Part shown: piece by piece, positions 8,916 to 19,222 of the stretch | Position numbering within the stretch: the stretch's first letter is position 1 | Layout: each line of letters starts with the position of its first letter | Assembly (NCBI GenBank): GCA_964455085.1 | Contig: CAYVYJ010000004.1 | Span: 22,714 to 86,713 of the forward strand | Length of the DNA: 64,000 nt | Direction of reading: 5' to 3' | Source of the DNA: an uncultured Planctomycetia bacterium | GTDB lineage: Bacteria > Omnitrophota > Gorgyraeia > Duberdicusellales > 4484-171 | Made by a program: the position numbers and the translations under genes | The notes under the pieces: generated by a model | Told to the model about the DNA's origin: nothing | Seen by the model: only the letters and a program-made list of their open reading frames with translations | Database searches by the model: none

Positions 8916-10064
8916 TTAATTGCTCCGCTTAAGGAGACTTAAGCACTCCAGGTGGGGGGTGTGAGGGAAAAAGTCAAAAGGCTCAATAAAATCAAGGCTA
9001 TATTGGCCTAAAAACCCTTCTAAGTCCACAAAGAAGGCCTCGGGATTACAGGATGAATAGATGATATTTTTAGGCTCCAGCCTTAAAATAGCCCTTATTA
9101 TCTTAGGGTTGAGCCCGCAACGCGGAGGGTTTACAACTAAAAAATCAGTATTCTTATAAAATGTGCCCTGGGTGTTGAGGAACTTTCTGGAGTCAGCAGC
9201 AAAAAAAGAAATATTATTTACCTTGTTAATCTTAGCATTCTGCCAAGCCATATCAACAATTTCTTCTTCCCTTTCTACGCCCCAAACAAATTTTGCACTC
9301 TTGGCCAGGAATAATCCGATTGAGCCTACTCCGCAAAAAAGATCCAATACCCGCTGTCGGGGAGATAAATTTGCATACTTTCTGATCTTCTTGTAAAAAT
9401 CTACTATCATCCGGGGATTTACTTGAAAAAAAGTGTCAATGCTGATTCGAAAGGTTAGTTTATCTAACCGTTCTTCAATGAAAGGTTCACCAAAAAGAAG
9501 CTTCTTTTTCTCAAAAACTACCGCATCAGAGTGTGAATCGCTAGTAATCTGATAAATAGACTTAAGCTTAGATTTTAACTTTAGAGAATTAAGCAGCGCT
9601 ACCAACTCCTTAGAATCCAAAACCTCACTACTGCTGGTGACTATTCCGACCATACTCTGGTTAGTAAATTTCGCTTCGCGGACAATCAAGTAGCGCAAAA
9701 ATCCCTGATGGGTGTATTTATCATAGGCTGAGTATCCCCGTTCTTTGATGAACTGTTTAATTGTTTTTAATATTTGATTTGAGTCCGGCGAAAAAATTAA
9801 ACACTCTTCTATATCGACCACCTTTCTTTTCTCTTTCCGGCTGTAAAGACCGCAAACTATACCCTCCTGATCAGCAAATGTGAATTCCATCTTGTTCCGA
9901 TAATACTCTTGTTGAGAGTGGTTGATTGGTTTTATCAAAGTATCAATATTATAAGCAGTAGCTAACTCCTTTACTCTATCTTGTTTGGCTCTCAGCTGCT
10001 TCTTGTAAGGAATATCCTGAAAGCGACACCCTCCACAATCTGAGAAGTGCTTACAAATCTTCAT
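8916..10064 (-). CDS. rlmD: 23S rRNA (uracil-5)-methyltransferase, RlmD family
   Basis: CKHFSDCGGC Fe-S motif, YRNKMEF, FFQVN, DLFCGVG, NPPR, YSSCNP, PHTPHLE. Confidence 0.88.
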   Translation of the reverse strand: MKICKHFSDCGGCRFQDIPYKKQLRAKQDRVKELATAYNIDTLIKPINHSQQEYYRNKMEFTFADQEGIVCGLYSRKEKRKVVDIEECLIFSPDSNQILKTIKQFIKERGYSAYDKYTHQGFLRYLIVREAKFTNQSMVGIVTSSSEVLDSKELVALLNSLKLKSKLKSIYQITSDSHSDAVVFEKKKLLFGEPFIEERLDKLTFRISIDTFFQVNPRMIVDFYKKIRKYANLSPRQRVLDLFCGVGSIGLFLAKSAKFVWGVEREEEIVDMAWQNAKINKVNNISFFAADSRKFLNTQGTFYKNTDFLVVNPPRCGLNPKIIRAILRLEPKNIIYSSCNPEAFFVDLEGFLGQYSLDFIEPFDFFPHTPHLECLSLLKRSN

Positions 10065-10555
10065 TGGATAATTAAATCTTTTAATCTTTTTCGCCGGGTA
10101 ACACCAGAGGAACCCAGCGAATAGCCTAAGGCTAAAACTGCTGCTAACTCTAAATTTTCGGAGGTTGCTAAACGCTTATGGACCTTTTCTTTTTGATTTA
10201 GAATCTCACCCAACCAACAAGCCCCCAGACCTTTGGTGTGGATAAAAAGAAGCATGTTCTCAACACAAGCGCCTATTGCCATTAAATCCTTGTCGCGATT
10301 ATAAGAGTCCTCTTTATCAAAAAATACCACTATAAGTTTATCGGCACTCTTTACTACGACAGAATACTTTGTGTACTCAGCTAAAGAATCTTTGGCCTCT
10401 TTCTCCAAAACCATAAACTTCCAAGGTTGATTATTTAACCCTGAAGGTGCCCAACGTCCAGCTTCTAATATCTCTAAGATTATCTTCTCAGAAACTGCTT
10501 TCTTCTTAAACTTTCTTACTGACCTTCTTGCCTTTAAAACTTTTAAAATATCCAT
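10061..10555 (-). CDS. Nitroreductase family protein
   Basis: RRSVRKF, APSGLNNQPW, GLGACW. Confidence 0.9.
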   Translation of the reverse strand: MDILKVLKARRSVRKFKKKAVSEKIILEILEAGRWAPSGLNNQPWKFMVLEKEAKDSLAEYTKYSVVVKSADKLIVVFFDKEDSYNRDKDLMAIGACVENMLLFIHTKGLGACWLGEILNQKEKVHKRLATSENLELAAVLALGYSLGSSGVTRRKRLKDLIIQ

Positions 10556-10618
10556 GACTGCTCAAGCCAGCGGCTTAATAACCCATTTACTCATATTGTA
10601 AAGATATAAATAGATAGA

Positions 10619-11527
10619 TTAGGCCCACCAATAACCAAGCTCTTTTAATATACGTGGCTTATCCTGCCAATCTTCTAAAACCTTAACCCAAATATCTAAA
10701 AAGACTTTCTTATTATAAATATTCTCAATCTCTGGACGCGAGCGGCTTCCTACGCCTTTTAGTACTTCTCCGGCTTTACCAATAACAATTCGCTTTTGAG
10801 AATTTCTCTTAACATAGATATTGGCTTTTATCGAAACTATCTTTTTCTTATTATTTATCTCCTCAACCTCAACTGCTATAGAGTGAGGCAATTCTCTCTT
10901 AAGTTGTATGAATAACTTCTCCCTTATGATATCAGCAACCCGAAATTTAGGCGGAAAATCAGTTAAAGAATTAGTATCATAATAAGGATGGGACTCTGGC
11001 AAATTCTCTAAAATAGAATCTCTTAATTTATCAACACCTTTTCCGGTCTTGGCTGATAAAGGTATGTAATAGATTAAAGGGTTTCTCTTACTCCTTGCCC
11101 TCTCAGCCCATAAATCAATATAAGCATTGAAAAACTTTCGCCCTAAGTCAGTCTTATTTAAAACCATAATTGTTTTAACTTTTTGCCCGGTAATAATCCG
11201 CATCAGTTCTTGCTCTTCCTTGCCGGGACGCCGGGATAGATCAACAACATAAATGATTAAATCACAACCTTCTAAGGCTCTTTTAGCAACTGTATTTAAG
11301 TGAGCAGCTAACTTATCTTCAAAAGAATGAACCCCCGGCGTATCAACAAAGACTATTTGGGCTTTTTCTAGATTCAAGATTCCTTTTATCTGATGACGGG
11401 TTGTCTGAGGGATAGGTGAAATAATACTTATTTTATTGGCTACCAAAGCATTAAGCAAGGTAGACTTACCGACATTGGGCCGGCCTAAAATAGTTACGAA
11501 TCCTGCTCTAAATTTTGTTTTTTTCAT
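10619..11527 (-). CDS. era: GTPase Era
   Basis: GRPNVGKS, PQTTR, DTPG, NKTD, KH domain VIGKAG. Confidence 0.96.
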   Translation of the reverse strand: MKKTKFRAGFVTILGRPNVGKSTLLNALVANKISIISPIPQTTRHQIKGILNLEKAQIVFVDTPGVHSFEDKLAAHLNTVAKRALEGCDLIIYVVDLSRRPGKEEQELMRIITGQKVKTIMVLNKTDLGRKFFNAYIDLWAERARSKRNPLIYYIPLSAKTGKGVDKLRDSILENLPESHPYYDTNSLTDFPPKFRVADIIREKLFIQLKRELPHSIAVEVEEINNKKKIVSIKANIYVKRNSQKRIVIGKAGEVLKGVGSRSRPEIENIYNKKVFLDIWVKVLEDWQDKPRILKELGYWWA

Positions 11528-11544
11528 TTTAGGAGTAAGGGCGG

Positions 11545-13542
11545 CTATCCCTCCTGGTAACGCTTTTTTAAAGATAAATCCAAAAATTCGCCTCTTAGAG
11601 GGTTATAACCATAATAAGCAATTAAAAAATAGGCGGTAGAGGCTAAAGATCCGGTTCTGTTTCCTCTAGGGGTTCGCCAACCATGGCCGGTATCAATAGA
11701 AGGACTGGAGGCATAAGGAAGACAGGGGTCTCCCCGACCAACAGGCGAAGGAGAAACTATCAACATCTTCTGTAATTCATTGAAATAAAAAAGTGCCTTT
11801 TTAAAATATTCTCCAGACTTATTAGTGTTTTTATCTTGAAAATAATCAGCCATGATCTCAAAGGCTAAAATCATCTGGGAGGTCCATTCTCCTGACACTA
11901 CACCACCTCGAGGAGCGTTCTTGGCTTTAGCAAAATCAAACCCTTCTAGCTCTACTTCGCCTCTCTTGCGCTTAAACTTTACTCCCACCTTACAATGTTT
12001 AACAGCAAACTTTAATATTGTCTCGGGATTCATTTTTAGGGTAAAAAGCTCCTCGGGGCCAAAAGCAGTTATTGACCAAGTGTAGGTATCAGTAGCAATA
12101 GTAGAATCACCTTTGCCTCTTTTTACCGGGGGACCGTAGCGAGTGTAGGAGTAGCGACAGACCCAGTTCTTTATCTTCTGGGCCGCATTTAAATACTTTT
12201 TCTCGCCACTTAACTGATAGAAGAGGTTAAAAAAACTAAAGACATCCAGATTGTGTTCTGTAGAATACCAAGACTCATCAGGACCACCCTTTATTCCGCC
12301 TTCGGCGTCCATCAACTCCAGGAGAAGATTACTTACTTCTCTTGCAATCGGTAAATACTTTTCATTACCAGTTTCCTTAGTATAACAGAGAGCAGCTAAG
12401 CCAAGCCAGGCATTCGGCCCACTATGGAGTACATACTCAAAGACGTCACCTTGAGTAAAGTAGGCATTATAAATACCCTGGCCTTCATTGATTTTCTTAA
12501 GGTAAAAATCTAGTATTTTCTCAGCTCTTTGTTTATCCCCGGAAATCAGAAATACAATCGTGGCTAAAGCTTGATCATAGGTAAAACAGATTCGGTCTAA
12601 ACTATTATCCCCTTCATAGCTAAGTATTAACCCCCTTCGCAAATCCTGACGGTTCTTTATCCAATTATACATACCCCCGATTAATTCTTGTGAAGACTTC
12701 AGCTCTTCCTGCTGAAGGCTTTCTACTTCCTCTTGGATCTTTAACGCAGCGGCTTTGTTCTCTTTTTCTTTTGCCTTTAAAAAATCGTTCTCACGCCTTA
12801 GGCTGGCTAACTCTAATCTCAGCAACGAAAGCTTCTCTTTAAGCTTCGCAGCTTCTTCCAAGTTAGCTCTATCAGCGTTTTGACTTTGAAGTAACTCATC
12901 GTACTGGCTTTGCCAAAGAATGACCTCTTTGCTCAACGAATCAATAGACTTAGTTAAATTTAATTGCCTCTCTTCAAAAAATATCTTGCTGTTAGCTTCG
13001 TTCTCTAAAATATCTTCAAGGGCTGACTTCTTCTCCAAGATACTCACATAATTACTTACTAACCGTCTATTTTTCCTCACTAAGGAGCTGGTTCGCCAGA
13101 ATAAAGAAAAAGAGAAGAATAAAAGAATGGTTATAACTCCGGTCACAACTAACGGTGTGAATTTCTTAACCAGAGCATATTTGAATAAAAATTTTGCTTT
13201 CTGATTGTCGTCTTCCATAAATCTTAAGCCTACTGTATAACGATTAAAATTCTTTAATCTTCGCTGTCTTAGCCAACTTATCTGGGCCTTTAAACAAACA
13301 GCTTGGGATTTAAAAGGTAAGTCGATGCACAGGGAGAGTTGAGCTCCCGGGTAACTTAGACGGTCGGCAAAACCCCACCAAAGGTCATTAATCAAAAGGC
13401 GGATACCGCCTTTTCCGATATCACGGGTAAATCCTTGCAGCCAAGGCGTCATCTTCTCCCCCTTAGCATCAAGGATGAAAAACTCAACCGGCAAAACAGT
13501 AGAAGTCCTTATATATCTTCGCTTATCCTTCCCTCTTTTCAT
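11545..13542 (-). CDS. PilZ domain - TM - coiled coil - six-hairpin-glycosidase-like membrane protein
   Basis: N-terminal RRYIR and DIGKGG PilZ motifs, one TM helix, long coiled coil, C-terminal helical domain with YDQALA, GPNAW and STEHNLD. Confidence 0.65.
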   Translation of the reverse strand: MKRGKDKRRYIRTSTVLPVEFFILDAKGEKMTPWLQGFTRDIGKGGIRLLINDLWWGFADRLSYPGAQLSLCIDLPFKSQAVCLKAQISWLRQRRLKNFNRYTVGLRFMEDDNQKAKFLFKYALVKKFTPLVVTGVITILLFFSFSLFWRTSSLVRKNRRLVSNYVSILEKKSALEDILENEANSKIFFEERQLNLTKSIDSLSKEVILWQSQYDELLQSQNADRANLEEAAKLKEKLSLLRLELASLRRENDFLKAKEKENKAAALKIQEEVESLQQEELKSSQELIGGMYNWIKNRQDLRRGLILSYEGDNSLDRICFTYDQALATIVFLISGDKQRAEKILDFYLKKINEGQGIYNAYFTQGDVFEYVLHSGPNAWLGLAALCYTKETGNEKYLPIAREVSNLLLELMDAEGGIKGGPDESWYSTEHNLDVFSFFNLFYQLSGEKKYLNAAQKIKNWVCRYSYTRYGPPVKRGKGDSTIATDTYTWSITAFGPEELFTLKMNPETILKFAVKHCKVGVKFKRKRGEVELEGFDFAKAKNAPRGGVVSGEWTSQMILAFEIMADYFQDKNTNKSGEYFKKALFYFNELQKMLIVSPSPVGRGDPCLPYASSPSIDTGHGWRTPRGNRTGSLASTAYFLIAYYGYNPLRGEFLDLSLKKRYQEG

Positions 13543-13548
13543 TTATTT

Positions 13549-15918
13549 TTATTTAGCTGCGGAGCGCTTAGACGATACTTCTAAAATAATTTCTTCCCGT
13601 AAAATATAGAGTGCTTCTTTGAAATGGGCTTTAAATTCCTCATACTCATTCCTTTCTACGAATCTCTTCTTAACCCTAAATAACTGCTGAAAATTAATCT
13701 GGCCGGACTCTTGTTCATACGATAGGTCTAATTTAAACCAGGGATTTTCCAAACTGGTAGAAGAGGGTAGATATTGAACTCTTAGATTCTCCGGTAAGCT
13801 TATCTTTATTTTAGCTCCCAGATTATACACTCCTTCAAAATCCAGAGGATAATCTCTTCCTTCTTTGCTGATTAAAGCATGGTCAAGGTCTATTTGATCT
13901 AGAATCGGCACAATTCTTAAATTTCCTGCTGGGTTAAGGAATTTCTCGGCGGCAAACTTATAGTTAAGTGTCGGGGTGGTATCAAAATTATCGGCATCTT
14001 TTATCTCATAATCAATAAGCTGGGAAAGAGATGATATCTCCGTCATCTTTTTCTGGATCTCTTCTTTGATTGTGGCCGGATGAGTATGTTTTAGGTACCA
14101 GCGATAAGAGGCAGCATAGAATCCGCGGGTTTCCACCTTCCGGTTAATCATTGCGTTTTCTTCACTATCAATTTCTATATTCATTGTATAAATAATACCA
14201 TTATCTTCCTTGTCTCCAATCTTAGTTATCCGCCAGGTATCATCCAAAAATACCAAAACTTCTCTATCCTGGTCTCCCAATGGAATATTTTTGAATACGA
14301 TCGTCTCCGCTGTGGGGTCCATAAAAATTAACTCACCGTCTATTTCTACAGCCGCAATCGCATGGTTAAAAATAACCGTGGGAAAATCTTTATCTATAGG
14401 GTAAGCACTCCGAGTAGGGATAAGTACCGGGTAAGCTCCCAAACCAGCACTTCTTAGCATCGCTATTAAGAGAATTGCTTGATCTTTACAGTCGCCGTAT
14501 CGATTAATAAATACATCGTTGGCATAGTGAGGTTCATAGCCACTATCACCATATTCTATAGCTACATAACGGATATTCTTAGCTACGAATTCATGTATTT
14601 TCTTAGCTTTATCCTGACTATCAGAAATATCTTTAATGAGTTCTTTAGTGAAATCTTCTATTTCCGGGCTTAGTTGAACTTTATCCTGATAAAGAGATCT
14701 CCACCATTCATAGATTTCATCCCAGGAAGAAAAACTGGAGATTGCCACTGCTGGATTGATATAGGAGGTAGTTGGCATACTATACTCGGGAATAATCGGG
14801 GCTATCTGGCTGAAATTCCAGGTATATATCTTCTTTGCTTGCTCTTGCCTTAATCCAGGTTCAAGAACAATACTCTCGGCATAGTCTTGATTAAAAAAAT
14901 TAAACTTAACTTCCCGGCCTTCAGGAATAATCAGGGTAAAGTCAGCTTTAAACACCGGGTATTTTTCCCTTAAACGATAGATCTGGCTAAAATCATCTTG
15001 GTTGATTAACTTCGAGGAATAAACCTTTATCTTATACTCAATGAATGACCCTACCTCTACTGAGGGCATCGAAACAATAAATACCCGGGAATTACTATAA
15101 AGAGGGAAATTCTGATAAAGCCCTATATTACGGATACTTTCACCGCCGGCATAGATAACTTTGCCCTCTTTGGTAATCGTGCGGGCAAATTCCAATTCTA
15201 CCCGCTCATAGGTAGAATCATAGCCTACTTGAACCTCAGCCAATTCTTTGCCACGCTCTTTTAACACCTTCTCCAGGACGTGTATGGTGGAAAGTGATGT
15301 ATTCTCCGGTGTAATTTCCACACTTTCCTCAACCAACAAATATACCGCGGCATCATCTTTTAACTGGCCAATATAGTCACCAGCCTCCTCGGAGATTGCA
15401 ACTATTTCAGCAGGGATACTATCTTCTACTTTTGCTTTAATAAATTCTATTCTCTCTTGGGCTCTACTCCTAAAAGAACTACCTACTTTGGCATATATTT
15501 CAAGAGCTTTAGGAAACAAATTCTTTTCTTCTAAAACTTGACCATAGAGATAGAGGCATTCATCATCCTGAGGTGTCGACTCCAGTTGTTCAAAGATTTC
15601 AATAGCATAATCGTAGTCTTTTGCTTTAGCCAAAGCTTTGGCCAGAATTATTTTTGCACTTTCAGTATCGATACCATCAAGAAGCTCTTTTACCTGCAGA
15701 TAATCTTTAAACCCGTAGTAAGCTTTAGCTAGATTTAACTTTAACTCTAAATTATCGGGTTTAGCCTTTATTAATCCTTGATAATGTTTAACTAACTTCT
15801 GGTATCGTCCTTTTAGCTCTTCTAAAGAATCAGCATCCCCCTTAAGGCTTGGTGAACACCCAAGAAGATTAAGCAGGACAATTATAGCAATTAGTTTAGG
15901 CAATAATCTTAAGTACAT
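13549..15918 (-). CDS. Lipoprotein with TPR, DUF3857 and transglutaminase-like domains
   Basis: LLGC lipobox, TPR-like helices, NIRYVAIEYG, GDCKD, FNHAI and MDPT catalytic triad motifs. Confidence 0.85.
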   Translation of the reverse strand: MYLRLLPKLIAIIVLLNLLGCSPSLKGDADSLEELKGRYQKLVKHYQGLIKAKPDNLELKLNLAKAYYGFKDYLQVKELLDGIDTESAKIILAKALAKAKDYDYAIEIFEQLESTPQDDECLYLYGQVLEEKNLFPKALEIYAKVGSSFRSRAQERIEFIKAKVEDSIPAEIVAISEEAGDYIGQLKDDAAVYLLVEESVEITPENTSLSTIHVLEKVLKERGKELAEVQVGYDSTYERVELEFARTITKEGKVIYAGGESIRNIGLYQNFPLYSNSRVFIVSMPSVEVGSFIEYKIKVYSSKLINQDDFSQIYRLREKYPVFKADFTLIIPEGREVKFNFFNQDYAESIVLEPGLRQEQAKKIYTWNFSQIAPIIPEYSMPTTSYINPAVAISSFSSWDEIYEWWRSLYQDKVQLSPEIEDFTKELIKDISDSQDKAKKIHEFVAKNIRYVAIEYGDSGYEPHYANDVFINRYGDCKDQAILLIAMLRSAGLGAYPVLIPTRSAYPIDKDFPTVIFNHAIAAVEIDGELIFMDPTAETIVFKNIPLGDQDREVLVFLDDTWRITKIGDKEDNGIIYTMNIEIDSEENAMINRKVETRGFYAASYRWYLKHTHPATIKEEIQKKMTEISSLSQLIDYEIKDADNFDTTPTLNYKFAAEKFLNPAGNLRIVPILDQIDLDHALISKEGRDYPLDFEGVYNLGAKIKISLPENLRVQYLPSSTSLENPWFKLDLSYEQESGQINFQQLFRVKKRFVERNEYEEFKAHFKEALYILREEIILEVSSKRSAAK

Positions 15919-16186
15919 CTTTTATCGCTTGACCTTTGTGAATCCCTAATCGTTTTGCCATGAAGGTTACTGAATGAACTCTTGCCAGGAGAGCGTCTTT
16001 AATCGTAGATACGCCGGTAATCTTCACTGCAACATCCTTGAATTTATTGGCAGCTCTTAAGTTAAGATAACCACACATGATGTATCCTTTCTGCCCGGCT
16101 ATGACGATTAAGTTCTTGGTGGACAGTTTAAAACAGAGTCCTAGAACACTTTTTTTACCCACTTTAATTTTACGTGAATTTAACAT
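15896..16186 (-). CDS. DUF1805 / YunC family protein
   Basis: KGYIMCGYLN, KITGVSTIKDAL. Confidence 0.85.
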   Translation of the reverse strand: MLNSRKIKVGKKSVLGLCFKLSTKNLIVIAGQKGYIMCGYLNLRAANKFKDVAVKITGVSTIKDALLARVHSVTFMAKRLGIHKGQAIKDVLKIIA

Positions 16187-16213
16187 GAATCTATTGTGGC
16201 CAAAAGCTGTAAA

Positions 16214-17362
16214 TTACAATCTACTCAAGAATCTCTCAATCCTTATTATCGCCTCTTTTAAATTATCTAAAGAGCTGGCGTAAGAAATTCTTATGTAAGA
16301 TCCAAATTCTTTTCCGAATGCCCCTCCAGGGACCACAGCGACCTTTTCTTGTAATAATAGTTTCTTAGCAAAATCTAAAGCGCTTATTTTATACCTCTTT
16401 AAAGAAGAGAAACAATAAAATGCACCTTGGGGGTTAACTGTTGACAATCCCAGGCGGTTTAGCTCCTTAACTACGAAAATCCTTCGCTTATTATATTCCC
16501 GTTGCATCTGTTGGACTTCCCTTTTTGCTAACAAAGCCTCACAAGAAGCTACCTGAGATATAATCGGTCCGCAGAGTGCCGAATATGAGTGTATTTTAGT
16601 CATTGCTGAGATAATCTCACTTCCCCCGCAAGCAAAACCCACTCTAAATCCGGTCATTGCATAGCCTTTGGAAAATCCGTTGAGTAGAATTGTCTTACCC
16701 CTAGCTCCTCTGGCTAAAGATGCAAAGCTGATGTGTTCTTTGGAGTAGGTTAACTCATCATAGGTCTCATCGCTGATAATAACTATATCTTCATGAGCTA
16801 AAACTTTCCAAATCTGCTTTAACTCACTATGACTATAGGTTATGCCGGTAGGGTTGCAAGGATAATTCAATATTATTGCTTTGGGTTTCTGAAGAAGTAG
16901 ACTTTTTAGCTTCTTAAGGTTAATCTTAAACCCCTCTTCCTCTTTAGTAGGTAAATAAAGAACCTTTCCTTGGGATATCTCAACTAAAGCCGGATAAGCA
17001 ACATAGTAAGGGCTTACTACAATAACCTTATCACCCGGTTCCATAATCGCCCGGAGAGCTAAGTCTAATCCCTCGCTAACCCCAACCGTAATCAAAATCT
17101 CTTTTTGGGGATTATAATTTAAAGAGTATTTCTTGGTAAGAAGCTCAGAAATCCCCTGGCGTAGGAGGAGCAGACCTTGGTTGGAAGTATAAGAGGTAAG
17201 ACCTTCTTCTAAAGCAGTAATTGCTTTCTCCCTGATCCTCCAAGGGGTAATAAAATCCGGCTCGCCTACACCCAGAGAAATTACCTCTGGCATCCCTAAA
17301 ACTAAATCAAAGAATTCCCTAATCCCCGAAGGTGGTAACTTTTTTATCCGCTTTGCAATCAT
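16214..17362 (-). CDS. Aminotransferase class I/II (YugH-like)
   Basis: SGIREFFD, LGVGEPDF, NPTG, SDETY, GFSKGYAMTGFRVG. Confidence 0.93.
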   Translation of the reverse strand: MIAKRIKKLPPSGIREFFDLVLGMPEVISLGVGEPDFITPWRIREKAITALEEGLTSYTSNQGLLLLRQGISELLTKKYSLNYNPQKEILITVGVSEGLDLALRAIMEPGDKVIVVSPYYVAYPALVEISQGKVLYLPTKEEEGFKINLKKLKSLLLQKPKAIILNYPCNPTGITYSHSELKQIWKVLAHEDIVIISDETYDELTYSKEHISFASLARGARGKTILLNGFSKGYAMTGFRVGFACGGSEIISAMTKIHSYSALCGPIISQVASCEALLAKREVQQMQREYNKRRIFVVKELNRLGLSTVNPQGAFYCFSSLKRYKISALDFAKKLLLQEKVAVVPGGAFGKEFGSYIRISYASSLDNLKEAIIRIERFLSRL

Positions 17363-17363
17363 A

Positions 17364-17852
17364 TTAATAGGTTATCGGCAAGCGTTTATTTTTTCCATCC
17401 TTTACCAAAACTACCCCGTCTTCCTTATACTTCTTGAGCATAAAATGGGTAGCTGTACCTCTTACAGAACTCAAAGGTGCCAACTTATCCGAGACAAAAC
17501 TTGCTACCGTCTCTATATCTTTGCCGCAAACCTCCAGAAGTAAATCGTAAGTACCGGAAAGAAGATAGCAGCTTTTTACCTCGGGAAACCGGTAGATCCT
17601 TTGGGCAACCATATCAAAACCTACGTCTTTCTGGGGGGCCACTTTAACTTCAATTAAAGCACCTACTCCTGCTTCACCCTTAATCTTTCGTTTATTTATA
17701 ATTGTTTTATACTTTACAATTACTCCTTTCTTCTCATAACTTTTTATCAACCGCTCAATTTCTTTTTTGCTTTTACCGGTTAATTTTTGCAAATCCTCTA
17801 AGGAAATCCTTGCATTGCTCTCTAAAATTTCTAATATATCATCCATTGCCAC
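17364..17852 (-). CDS. Lrp/AsnC family transcriptional regulator (YugG-like)
   Basis: N-terminal HTH, YLLSGTYDL, THFMLKKYK; conserved pairing with the aminotransferase. Confidence 0.9.
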   Translation of the reverse strand: MAMDDILEILESNARISLEDLQKLTGKSKKEIERLIKSYEKKGVIVKYKTIINKRKIKGEAGVGALIEVKVAPQKDVGFDMVAQRIYRFPEVKSCYLLSGTYDLLLEVCGKDIETVASFVSDKLAPLSSVRGTATHFMLKKYKEDGVVLVKDGKNKRLPITY

Positions 17853-17949
17853 CCTCCTTTATGTTTGGCCTGCATATTTTAGCTGGGTTGAAATATAAGC
17901 TAAAACATTTAGTTTATTTTATCAAAATAACCTTTAAATTCATAGCAAA

Positions 17950-18783
17950 TTAATTATCTTTGGAGGAGGGTTCCCCTACCTTAAGGATACGATTCAATTT
18001 TAGACGGCAGGAAGCTTCAGCCTCTCCCTGGTACAAAAGATAAGAATACTTACCTTCCTGGAGAACACGCAGCGGTAGTATGTTCTCTTCCTTTAATCTG
18101 TTGGAAGAGGAAAAGTATCTTATCTTTAGGGTAGTCTTGTCATCCATCGCCTCTTTAAAAAGAAGTGTTTTATGGTCTTCTCCGGCCCGAAAAATTTCAT
18201 TATCGAGGCCATAGAGAGAGATGAACTCGTCTAACTTCTCTATTTGTTTCTCCTTAAAAATATCAATTAGCTTTAAAAAAATTTTATAAGCAACTAAAGC
18301 ATCGCCTGAGGCCCGATGCAGGCCTTGGCTGCAATCGATATTAAAAAACTTAGCGGTTGTCTCTAAGTTGTATCGTGGTAATTTAAGACCATCCCTGGCC
18401 ATAGCCAGAACATCTATAGCTGGCCCCTCGTAAGAGGAACGCCCAATCCTCTGCAACTGATGGTTAATAAATCCCATATCAAATCCCACGTTGTAAGCAC
18501 AGATTACACAGCCGTTTAAAAATCTGATCAGTCTATCAGCTATTTCCTCGAAACAAGGAGCATCTTTTAGCTCCTCATCTGATATTTTATGAACTTCATA
18601 AGCTTCTTGGGGCATTTTTTTTCTGGGATTAACCAGACTATGAAATTCATTAATAACTTTCCTATCCCGGACTTTAAGCGCCCCCACTTCGCATAAACAG
18701 TCTCCGGTCACCACATCTAAACCAGTGGTCTCCAAATCAAGGAAAACTAAATCAAAATCTTCGATGTTTTTGGTCAAATCCAT
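17950..18783 (-). CDS. DEDDh 3'-5' exonuclease (DnaQ-like) with a C-terminal WYL-like domain
   Basis: DLETTG, AYNVGFD, HRASGDA; C-terminal LKIRYFSS...ILPLRV...YLLY...LKLNRIL. Confidence 0.8.
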   Translation of the reverse strand: MDLTKNIEDFDLVFLDLETTGLDVVTGDCLCEVGALKVRDRKVINEFHSLVNPRKKMPQEAYEVHKISDEELKDAPCFEEIADRLIRFLNGCVICAYNVGFDMGFINHQLQRIGRSSYEGPAIDVLAMARDGLKLPRYNLETTAKFFNIDCSQGLHRASGDALVAYKIFLKLIDIFKEKQIEKLDEFISLYGLDNEIFRAGEDHKTLLFKEAMDDKTTLKIRYFSSSNRLKEENILPLRVLQEGKYSYLLYQGEAEASCRLKLNRILKVGEPSSKDN

Positions 18784-18792
18784 CTTAGCTAA

Positions 18793-19203
18793 TTAGGCAA
18801 TTATCTTGACTACAATCTTTCTATCCCGGGGGCGAGTATCGAAATCAATTAAAACTACCTGTTGCCAAGTTCCTAAATCGAGTTTACCGCTGGTTATCGA
18901 AACAAAAAGGTGAGTTTTAATAAAAGAACTCCTTAAATGAGAGTGCCCATTATCATCGGCCCAGGTAAAATTATGGCTATAATCACCTTTGTAGGGCAAG
19001 AGCTTCTCAAAAGTGTTTTTTAGATCTTTTATCAAGCCCCTCTCATACTCCATTGTAGTAAGTGCCGCTGTTGAGCCAATAACCGATAAAAATATAACCC
19101 CTTCCTTTATCTCGGCACCAGCTACAATCTTCCTCAAATCAGAGGTAATATCAATAATATCACTATTTCCTTTAGTTTTTACTCGTATGTATTTAGTTTT
19201 CAT
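18793..19203 (-). CDS. yjbQ: YjbQ / UPF0047 family protein
   Basis: GSTAALTTME, DDNGHSHL, LGTWQ, DFD. Confidence 0.9.
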   Translation of the reverse strand: MKTKYIRVKTKGNSDIIDITSDLRKIVAGAEIKEGVIFLSVIGSTAALTTMEYERGLIKDLKNTFEKLLPYKGDYSHNFTWADDNGHSHLRSSFIKTHLFVSITSGKLDLGTWQQVVLIDFDTRPRDRKIVVKIIA

Positions 19204-19222
19204 AGTTTATACCGGAAATAAT

